Of a DNA stretch of 64,000 bases, positions 51,657-62,234 are shown one piece after another (position 1 is the first letter of the stretch; the number at the start of each line of letters is the position of its first letter). The position numbers and the translations under genes were made by a program. The notes beneath the pieces were generated by a model. That model had not been told where the DNA came from, ran no database searches, and worked only from the letters and a program-made list of their open reading frames with translations. The DNA is from Laetmonice hystrix (lineage: Eukaryota): contig OZ249437.1 of assembly GCA_965235115.1 (NCBI GenBank), positions 21,204,001-21,268,000 on the forward strand. Reading direction: 5' to 3'.

Positions 51657-53149
51657 GAAGAATAATAATACATTTATTCGAGCAAAACATACAGGGGGCT
51701 TGCATACATGTGCATGTCATAATACATGTATAGTCAGTCATACACATATAGGCCTACATTTCACTAGTAAGACTTATACTCTCACGCCCATACAAAACGA
51801 CCCTACCTGAGAGGTCATTATAACAGTTCTTTACCTGCACACATGATATTGACGAGCATGTGTTCCGACATCCGGACAGAGTTCGGATTACGGAACCAGA
51901 ATTAGCTGCTCCCACGACTGACGTGAATGGTAACTGGATCACTCCAGGAAGTGGTCGAATAGTTCCACCTGCCGCATGCAATAGTTCTATTATCTTTCCA
52001 CACACAGAACTTAGATCTATAAGACTCAAGTAAGGAAGGATTCTATGGACACATTTATACTTTATGAGAAAAACAGGTGTTATCTATGTGTGTTGTGGAC
52101 ACGACCCCATGCCATCATGATTTGGGAGAAGTTATCTGATTTCAGTTCGGTCAGTTCTCACGAACTCTGTCCTATAGACGGTATTGGCTTGGTTCTGCCT
52201 GACTGACTCTCTGACCGGCCAGCGTGTATCGGGAGATCTTTTCACAGCGACCAAATGCCGGTATTGAAATAAACCCACACGTGTTTCGAACACAGCCCAG
52301 TTTCCGGCACGCTCGCAACATATAATTGCACACCCGTCAAGTCATTCACCTACTGTCAATTGTGTTTGTATTAAACTGAAAAGGATGTTTTAACAATCTG
52401 GCAGACCGCTTGGAACCGGGTCGAACCCGAGATCCGGCCACTGTGCCAACTCTCGGGTGAAACAATCGAGCCAGGTTGAGCCGTGGCCTGGACTTGCGTG
52501 CGCCCCATTCAATAGACGATTTGAAGGGGAGTGACCGAAGTGTAGGTGAATGAAGGAATAATGATAGTGTCTGACATTTGGGACGTTGATATCTCGACTG
52601 ACACGACCGGTGGGTCTGAGACCGGCCCGGGGGGCGGGCGGGCAGGGTGCGGGGCCGGGACTGAGGCGGCACCCCGCCGGACGACTCCCCGGGACTCGGT
52701 CTCACCCGACACCTCTCCGTGACCACTGGGCGATAACTGGGGCTAATCACCGTCACCTCGGGACCCCGCCCTACCTCTGGCCGTCCGCCACCAGACGGCG
52801 TGGTCAGCGGTGTTCTGACACGGCCGCAGTCCGACCTGTCACCCGGCCTACCGATACAATCACTACCTGACGTTTACTGGGTACAGTTTTATACCCAGAA
52901 ACAAAGGCGTTGCCACAGGTAGCGACAACTAGCTTACTTAAAGATCTTAGGGTGATAACCTCCACCCTTACCGGGCCGGGTATGAGGTAGGCCTAGATCT
53001 AGGCCTCTAGCTCTTCTCAAAATGTTTTCGGACACTAAATATTGAATTTTGCAAAACGTTTGAACTTTATGGGACAAAAAGAATTCGGAGCACTGTCAGT
53101 AATATGCCGGCCCATACTTTTAACTCAAGGCACATGATATATAGGTTCG

Positions 53150-53615
53150 ACAATGTTGTTTTAGTTTACTTTCACCAAATATATACCTAGGTCTTACAAT
53201 GTGGTTTTAGTTCACTTTTACCTAGGTCTTACAATGTGGTTTTAGTTCACTTTTACCAAATACACCCAGGTCCTACAATGTGTTTTAGTTCACTTTTACC
53301 AAATACACCTAGATCCTATGTGTTTTAGTTCACTTTCACCAAATACCCAGGTTCTACAATGTGTTTTAGTTCACTTTTACCAAGTACCCAGGTCCTACGA
53401 TGTGGTTTTAGTTAACTTTTACCAAATACACATGTATACCTAGGTCCTGCAATGTGTTTTAGTTGACTTTTACCAAATACCCAGGTCCTACAATGTGTTT
53501 TAGTTCACTTTCACCAAATACTTAGGTCCTACAATGTGTTTTAGTTCACTTTTAAGTTTTACCAAATATACCTAGGTCCTATACAATTTAGTTTTAGTTC
53601 ACTTTTACCGAATAA
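53150..53615. repeat. Diverged minisatellite, ~42-44-bp unit x~11
   Basis: TTTTAGTTCACTTTTACCAAATACACCTAGGTCCTACAATGTG-like units. Confidence 0.92.
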
Positions 53616-56447
53616 AGGTCCTACCCATCTATATAGGCCTACTATATAAAAGACACCAAAATGTGAAAGTCAGAATAACTTCGTATAATTATGTTCTATA
53701 TGAATTTGCCTTAACATTTTCTATACCTTATGGTTAGGCCTATAGGCATGCAGACCTAAGTTTAGGTCTACTTTTCGGCACCACTGATAAATTGATTACA
53801 TATGTTTTCCTTCGTTGAGTCCGTGGCTTGAAGTTAAATGGGAACTCGTTCACAAACAGTAACCCTTTGCTAAAAACGCTTTCAGCAACATAAAGTAAAA
53901 AAAAAAAGATAAAGAAAAAATTTTTGCATCATGTTGCATCACAAACGTCAGAGGACAATCTATAAGGTGAATATAGATGCAACACTAACAATTAATTTTG
54001 CATGAGAAACTCTTTCCTTCTTCACGGTTGACTTAAAACCTTCTTTCAAAGGTCATCTTTTATTAGAATTTCACACTTGAACTTTTTTTTGCTTTCAGTA
54101 TGTTTCTGCCTGGACAAATACATCGAATTGTAATCGTTAGAAATTGACGTCAGTCCAACAGAGCGACTCGGATCAAAAGCACGTCACGGAATGAGCGTTA
54201 AACAAGGAAGACATGAAAGGTTTGGAAGGACAGTTACACTTGGCCTGATGGCTAGATAGATAGTAGATACCTGTCTGGGTAAAGTCTTGGTATAGGTCAA
54301 CCAGAGGTGGTTTACTGTCATGCGAGCCAGCCCACAAACACGGCCTTTGTTCCCGGCCCACGTGTTGTAAACACATTACCCTTTCGACGCCACACAACGT
54401 CGTGACGATGCGCATTTGAAGGGCCGCTTATGTCGTTATCATTTACAATATGGCGGTGAAATATGACAGAGCCATCAAAGGGCCCGCGTTGAGCATTTCG
54501 AGGTTGCGAACTCTGCTCTCGGGTTGTTCTGGTACAAAAGAAAACATTTAAAAGAACATCGGGCCGGCAGACATGTGAAGGCATTCTCTGTGGGCTACAA
54601 CGGGAATCAAATGAACATATGCTGCTGTCATTTTCCTACAAGGGAGAAAGCGGAGTTCTTTGAAATCTCGTCTGTTCACGCGTCCTTGTGGTATAGGTGC
54701 ATGTCGATTGTACCCATGGTTACCTGACGTCGGACTGCGTGGTTAAACAAGAGGACTAAAGGTATGGAGAATAGCGAGATGTTTCCTCTTCACATTCTCC
54801 AAGGTATTCATCCACTGAAATACCGATATGGTGCATGACCCTAGCATGCATTGAGTCAAAACTAAAAAGGTTTGTCCGGACTAAGACATGCTTAACCCTT
54901 AGAGCAGACAATCGGGTCGGGTGAAACAAGGAAGAAGAATAGGGAGGAGAAGAATAAGGAGAAGGGGAGGCAAAGGAGACGATGAAATTAGAATAAAGAT
55001 TTAAAAGAAAAAAGAAGAGAATGCCACACAATGTCTTTTTCCATGTAGGCCTATCCTGAGTCTTGTCCATGCATGAAGTCTATAGTCCACCCATGCTTGC
55101 ATTGATCAATAATGTTTAGGCCATCATATATCAGTGTACACATATTTAAAGTTGTAGATCCCTATACTAGGCCCCTATAGGCCATGTTTCACAGATTATA
55201 CACACGATGAGCATAGACCTATGCATAGATTATCTATAAATGCACCTATGTAGGCCTATAGGTGCCTACTAGCTGGTAGGCCTAATGTCATGGTATGCCT
55301 GAAGTCTACGGTGCTTCCTTGGACATAATTTGATGATATTTGTCTGGAGATTACATCTCCACATCTCTTTGTAACGTGAGTTACGACAATAATTTCTAAG
55401 ACTATATTATCCACCAATGACAGGTCAGTATAAACATTTACTGCGCTATTAGCAGACACGTCATCACCAATGACGACCAGAACATTACGAGCTGACACAC
55501 ATTGACGGTTGTGTTTCCCTACACTTCACGTATATGACATCCTCCACAATGGCTTTCAAAATGTAACCAGAGGAGGTACACGGCATTCAATAAAGGCCGT
55601 GAAACATGTCGCTGCGGCCCCCTGTCGGGTTTATCCGACACCAGCCGGTATTGACGGTAAATTCACACGTGATAAATCGTGAGAAACTGTTGCATTTGGG
55701 ACAGGTTGAGCGCTGACTGTCAAGTGACTCTCTGTCACCGTCACACGAGCTCGGGGGACACCTTATCGGAGGGACCTGGGTCTGAGCCCGGTGTCAGGGA
55801 CCATGGGGAGTGGGTTTTGTTGAGAGGTAGCCAGCGGTCTGAGCGGGGAGCCCAGGGTGGCCGGTTGTGCGGTGTTGGGGCGGGTTGAAGCCCGTCACGT
55901 CACTGGCAGCTCGCTTTCAACCGTCCGGTCTCGGGTCTCGTCTCTCCACGGGACGTCTCGCCGTCAGCGAGAGTTGGGTCCTCTGAACAATGCGCTTCAA
56001 GCCCAGGAGTTTACAGGAGATGAAAAACCTGCCTATAGACTGACGATTAAAGTAGTTTAAGTGGGGAGTCTGCTATAGCAGCCAGGTAGGACTAAGGACA
56101 TTTCAACAACTGTGGCAATTACTTTGACTGATACTGTATCACTTAGTCACCAATCATGTGCCCAGTATTGGAGAGACTCACTTGAAAAGGACCCTAGGCC
56201 TGTCATGCCCAGAATAACTCGAGTGACTATAGATCTAGATCCTAAATGGGGCGAAAGGCAGAACGAGAACTGTATGCCTCGCTCGATCACGAGTTTGATT
56301 GAAATGGGGAGGGGTTATTGTCCGGCTTCACCACCAAACATTTTTAGGGAGGTGGCGGTGGTGGAGAACTTTATTTTAAACATGATAGCTATATCTGTGA
56401 TTTTGTTTATCCTATGCTGCGTGCTAGTGGGTGTAGTAGAGGGCAGG

Positions 56448-56604
56448 CAGTGGCGTACCCAGAGAGGTGCGATGGGTGCTCAAGCACCCCCCTCAATTTG
56501 CCCAATTTTTATTTTTTTTTGGTGCGCTTGTTGCCAATTTGCAGCGCCTACGACGTTGGTTATTTCCAGCACCCGCGTGGGTCCAGTTTCTGGGTACGCC
56601 ACTG
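56448..56604. mobile_element. 157-bp MITE with 16-bp perfect TIR, superfamily unassigned
   Basis: CAGTGGCGTACCCAGA…TCTGGGTACGCCACTG; no TSD recognisable. Confidence 0.7.
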
Positions 56605-57663
56605 GGCCACTGGGCCCTATAGGCTATATGTGTAGTAGGCCTATAATGAAAGGGGGCCAAGACCATTATATCCTATTGAGGCTATCTTTAAATATCCTGT
56701 TATGTCCCTCTATAGACAGAAGCAATTATAGATACTTTCAGTGAGATATACCTCATGTCAATTGAGTATTTGAATAACATGGTTTATAAAAGAATTCCAT
56801 AGAGCGGACAGTCTCTGTGCAATAACTGAAACCACGGTGACAAGTTGAATTGAAGCGCTGTCATTTGATGAGGGTATAAGTGAGATTCGATGACAATATT
56901 CGACAGTAGAATTAACCTTCAGATTAATGTCAAGGGTTCCTGTACCCTCTCGATTCTTTGGTGAACCACTTGGAGGACTGCGTCTTCCAAAACGGTCAGG
57001 AAGGGAACCACCATGAATAGCTGAATTTGTACAAGGAGATTTACAATAGGAGATTTACAATAGGAGATTTACATGTGTGAGAGGGCACGCTGATATATAC
57101 CGATCGATCTGAGGATGTGTGTACACGTATTTACCTTACAATCAAATTCTACTTGTTTAGGTAAGGCACAGTTCTGTTCCGAGAACTAAAAGAATAACAT
57201 ACGAGGAAAGTTTCACCAGAATAAATCTGAACCAAGAAGGAAATAAACATGATACTTTCGACGTAAACGATTAGGATGCTGAACATTAACACATTAGGCC
57301 TACTAAACATTGTTTGAAATAATTATCTAGGGGCTAATGAATATTTTTAAACAGTAGGACCTAATACTCCTAATTATTATTGCCATCGAATAAAATTCAA
57401 CAATATTTATTAATATTGTGGTACTGTTTAACCAACAATTCATACACGTAGACAGTTTAGTATAAGTCCTACGTGTAGACCTCTCTCCTTGATTCATAGA
57501 TCCGCCCCTAGTTCGCCTATATTTTGACCCCCCCCCCCCCCACCACCACCACCAATGTCAATGGTAGGCCTACGTGATGGGGGTCAAGCTAGGCCCCTAA
57601 ATAGGCCAGTTCTGCATGTTGACGCTCTGCTAGGCGTATAGGCCTATGCCTACATGTAGGCTA

Positions 57664-57762
57664 CAGGGGCGTATCCAGAAATTGGTTGGGGGAGGGGGAG
57701 TGTTCCGAAGTTTAGGTACTTCAGAGATGGCCTTAGGATACTTGGAACTGGATACGCCACTG
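57664..57762. mobile_element. 99-bp MITE related to the 56448 element
   Basis: CAGGGGCGTATCCAG…CTGGATACGCCACTG (14/15); no TSD recognisable. Confidence 0.65.
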
Positions 57763-57823
57763 ATAAAGTGATATAGCTCTGAGTCTGGATCCTACTCGGC
57801 ATCTTGAAAAGGGAAGTTTCTAG

Positions 57824-58100
57824 TGCTGCCATCTAGTGTTAACTTATTGACTCAGGACGGCCCTGTTTTAATACCTACGTTCTCCGCTAGGTTATCATTC
57901 CGAATCCTTGTAGATTGGTTCCTGATCCTGTCGCTAGGTGGTTTCTAGCCACCTGGCGAGGAGACTAGAAACCAATATGGGATTCTCGCGTTTGGTTCCC
58001 ATTTTCTCCGCTAGGGGGTAGCCACCTAGGGGTAGGGAACCAAACTAGGATTCTCGCATCCCGACAAGGATAACTTCTAGCGCTGCCACCTGGTGTTAAC
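57824..58100. promoter_or_regulatory. Cluster of CTCF-like motifs
   Basis: Minus strand ACACTAGATGGCAGCA (57824-39) and ACACCAGGTGGCAGCG (58081-96) match CCASYAGRKGGCRS at all but the first base; weaker matches lie between them. Confidence 0.45.
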
Positions 58101-59264
58101 AAGCCATACAGACCTGCGGAATGTACCAAGAAAGGTACTCTATAGACCAAATATATTTATAAACTCGAAATTTGTCGATTTAATCTCGCTTAAAGTTGTT
58201 GGGGGGGGGGGGGGGGGGGGGTAAGGGTAAGAACGGCCATTTATAACTCATACTCGAGAAGTCTTATTTGTATTTTATTTTCCTGTATATATATAATGTT
58301 ATGAATCTGTACACATAAAAGAATATTTACATTCAAATATGAGAGAGAGCACATCTATATTATTCCTCTTGTCTAGGCGTCAGTATCAGTATAACAGACC
58401 TTACATCACGGTGCTGTTAGCTAGCTCAGGAAAACTGACGCCTCAGTCGCAAACATTCAGCTTCTCCACGTGGGCAAACACGTGGTACACCACGTGGTTA
58501 ACAAGGAAATTGCCAAACTCCCGGTCGCCGGGTGAGAAAATATGGGGGGGGGGGGGGAGCAAGGAGTAAGGAAAGCCATGAGAAAAAAAAATGGGGAAAA
58601 TTATAACGGGGAGGGAGGGGGGGGGGGGATCTTCCCCGTTCCTGTTAGTAGCGAATTCATCAATTAATGGAAATAATCCGATAGCAGTAGTTCAGACTGC
58701 TATTTTGAAAGAACCTGTTTGAGAACACATGTGCCTACTGTAATATAATAATTAGTATACTGAGACCTGAGCTCGACTTCCGCACCACGGACAGATGGGG
58801 TGATGGGTCCCGGTAGGTCTCCCCCCCCCCCCCCCGCCCTCCCTCCGAGAACCAACGCATCCACATGCAGGGAGAAACAAACTTTACGGTCAACAATGGC
58901 CGGTTTCTCCATTGATAAATGCTGCAAAATATCAATATTTCTGCTGCTACAATTTTAACCAGGAATACAATCTTATTCGGATTTAGGTAAAAATATATCC
59001 ATCACCAAATCCATAGGAGTCTGAGGTGGTGAAAACTCTACAAGCCAAGGATGACATAGGATATGAACATTCTATATTAAGGTTAGGGACATGATTTTGT
59101 ACATATTATTACATGATTCTGTGAGATTCCTGGATTGGTTATTCAGTAAGAAAAACTTGATCTGCCAATGTAAATATGACGTGGCATCAATTGGGAAAAT
59201 TAACAATTTGAATTGCTTCCATTTTCCCTCTAACCTGCTATTTGGAACCCCTGCTGTAGCCTCA

Positions 59265-60012
59265 GGTAATGCATGTGTTATTGTGTAATGCATGTGTTAT
59301 CGGGTAATGCATGTGTTATCGGGTAATGCATGTGTTATCGGGTAATGCATGTGTTATCGGGTAATGCATGTGTTATCTAAGGGTTTAAACATGATTTTCA
59401 GTGTGTGGCCCCAGATCACAGCACGAGGACCGAGACGGAACGTCGAGGTCCGAGTGCTGTGATCTGGGGCCACACACTGAAAATCATGTTTAAACCCTGT
59501 TCTACCATGACAATACCATATCTTAGACACTATTTTATTTCATAAATAATACCTAAAATATCAGAAAAAAGGCTTACCGAGTTTATAAGCTCAACATTAC
59601 GACCGTGTTTACAAGTGGCAGTGCATTCCGAGCACGTTATAAAAGGCGCCACCTCAGTGGTTCATATCAGTCTAATTGTGACGCTCTCACAATTGTTAGT
59701 AATTGTGTCGTCGTCATTGTGATTGTGTCGGCATAATTAAATAGATTCTGAACCAATTACGTTCTATCTTACAACCGCTGACCGTGCTGTTGGTCGCTTT
59801 TACCGTGCTGTTGGTCTCGAGACCAACAGCACGGTGTTAATCCATCGTTCTCTATAGGGAGTGCACGGCTAGGCATGGTAGAACGGGTAATGCATGTGTT
59901 ATCGGGTAATGCATGTGTTATCCGGTAATGCATGTGTTATCGGGTAATGCATGTGTTATCGGGTAATGCATGTGTTATTGGGTAATGCATGTGTTATCGG
60001 GTAATCGATGTG
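59265..60012. repeat. Minisatellite, 19-bp unit x~12, split by a 507-bp insertion
   Basis: GGGTAATGCATGTGTTATC repeated at 59265-59377 and 59885-60012. Confidence 0.95.
59378..59884. mobile_element. 507-bp unclassified insertion with terminal hairpin and asymmetric inverted repeats, no TSD
   Basis: Inserted exactly between TTATC and GGGTAATG of one array unit; 45-bp perfect stem (59380-59424/59454-59498); 11-bp IR GTTCTACCATG (59499-509) / CATGGTAGAAC (59874-84); 34-bp internal palindrome centred on CTCGAG. Confidence 0.8.
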
Positions 60013-61371
60013 TTACCAGGGAATGTATGTGATGGTCATATGTGTTTATGACCTGCATGAGACGGAGTATATAGGTTGACAATATTTCGATGTCAACATT
60101 TGACACAAGTCAAGCAGGTAGGATTTTAAGCGACTGTGTCGTGCCTAAACATTGTTCCTCATTGTTCTTCATGTTATACCCTGGATTAGAATTTGTTTCT
60201 CTGATAAATACCATCTTTTTTTTCGAGAGCTACATATAAAGAAAGCTGGCTAGATGAGGACAAATCCGTCCTCTATTTATGACCATTATAAATACTACTC
60301 CACAGGCTAGTGACGAGTGAGAGCGCAAGGCCAGGTTTTTTTGCTAAATTTAAGTTTTGACAAACTTGGCCTGGGAATTATTGTAAAACTTTTAACACAC
60401 GCCTCTCTGTGCCCTGACGCGCCTGTAGGGACAGACAACTATTCCATACACATCAACAAGACGTCCACTCGCAACCATAACTGATGTATTTCATAACTAG
60501 GGCGTGGCATCCTGCAGACAAACAACATGTCGGAACACTTGGACCTTTGGTCTCACCAGCATCCACCAGCACTGGTTTCAGGACACAATATGGGTTACAC
60601 TTTACTCTGGTGCCTCCACAATGTTTTCACTTTTAAATATACAACTTATATACCTCTCAGACCAGATCCCTTATTCAACACGTGTTAATAAATTAAGACA
60701 TGCCAGCTGTTGTTTTGTGTTTTCGTAAGGGCACCCTCTCCACTCCGAGATAACTGCACACAGAGGGACCTGCATACAGAGCTGACCTGCATTCAGGTGG
60801 CCTGCATACAGAATGTTGTATGTGTCCTGTGCATGTGTCAGCTTCGTTTATTAAAGTGCCTAGCCAGCCAGCCTGGCAGGAATGGGTGTGGGTGTGTGTG
60901 GGTGTGCGTGTTGGGGGTGTTGAGATCAGATAACTCCTGTAGGTTTACCTGTTGGAGTTTAACAATGTGATTCAGTGACTATTTTCCCACCAAGAAACCT
61001 AGTTTATTTCAGAATTAAATTAGTCTGCGTGCTTCGATGCAAAAAAGAATATAAGAGGAAGAAAATATACATAAAAAAAGCAAGCTACCAAGGGAATATC
61101 ACACCCGGATATTTTCAGGTAATTTCAGAACTCTGTATTCCCTCTGGCAGTATCACGGGTTTGTTGACATTTAGAATGTCAAAATCACTAAGTTGTGGAA
61201 TTTACTGAATATCATAGCTATCTACACATGATCCCGAAACGTGTAACCTATCAAACAGCCTTTCAGAATGAAAAGTAGGACCATGGACTGCATTCACTGG
61301 CAAGAACTTTCAATCCATCATTAAACAGTATTTCTACATTCCCACTCCCATTGTTGAAAGCACAATCCTAG

Positions 61372-61615
61372 CTTTCTGTGTATCAACTGATTTCTGTGTA
61401 TCAACTGATTTCTGTGTATTCAACTGATTTCTGTGTATTCAACTGATTTCTGTGTATTCAACTGATTTTTGTATATCAACCGATTTCTGTGTATCAACCG
61501 ATTTCTGTGTATCAACTGATTTCTGTGTATTCAACTGATTTCTGTGTATCAACTGATTTCTGTGTATTCAACTGATTTCTGTGTATCAACCGATTTCTGT
61601 GTATCAAATGATTTC
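61372..61615. repeat. Minisatellite, 18/19-bp unit x~13
   Basis: TCAACTGATTTCTGTGTA(T) repeated. Confidence 0.96.
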
Positions 61616-61806
61616 CACTGTGATCACTCTGCTTAACGATCACTTTTAATGTGTCAGTTTTCCTGTCTGTTCACAGTCTGTATCCATACCAACCAATCTT
61701 TTTATCAACAACCTAAGGTCACTTCACCGTCATTGACCCCAGTGCAGTACTTGGCCTCGTTTTGAAAACTTCAGTTTCTAATTAAGCTTTAGCTTAAAGC
61801 TTCTAA

Positions 61807-62234
61807 TTGGTTGGTATGTTTCAACCAACCACTCAGAACGGTTGGCTGGTATGTTTCAACCAACCACTCAGAACGGTTGGCTGGTATGTTTCAACCAGCC
61901 ACTCAGAACGGTTGGTTGGTATGTTTCAACCAACCACTCAGAACGGTTGGCTGGTATGTTTCAACCAACCACTCAGAACGATTGCCTGGTATGTTTCAAC
62001 CAACCACTCAGAACGATTGGCTGGTATGTTTCAACCAACCACTCAGAACGGTTGGCTGGTATGTTTCAACCAACCACTCAGAACGATTGGCTGGTATGTT
62101 TCAACCAACCACTCAGAACGATTGGCTGGTATGTTTCAACCAACCACTCTGACTCAGAACGGTTGGCTGGTATGTTTCAACCAACCACTCAGAACGGTTG
62201 GCTGGTATGTTTCAACCAACCACTCAGAACGGTT
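61807..62234. repeat. Minisatellite, 35-bp unit x12
   Basis: GGTTGGCTGGTATGTTTCAACCAACCACTCAGAAC repeated. Confidence 0.97.

Noticed and set aside
56112-56744. 210-aa ORF with a hydrophobic stretch
   Set aside because: Runs straight through the 56448-56604 MITE, starts at GTG, and lacks homology; probably fortuitous.
1-62234. Hypothesis that the arrays are internal repeats of one Helentron/MITE family
   Set aside because: No shared flanking sequence, sub-terminal IRs or hairpins were found around different arrays; several blend directly into unique flanks.
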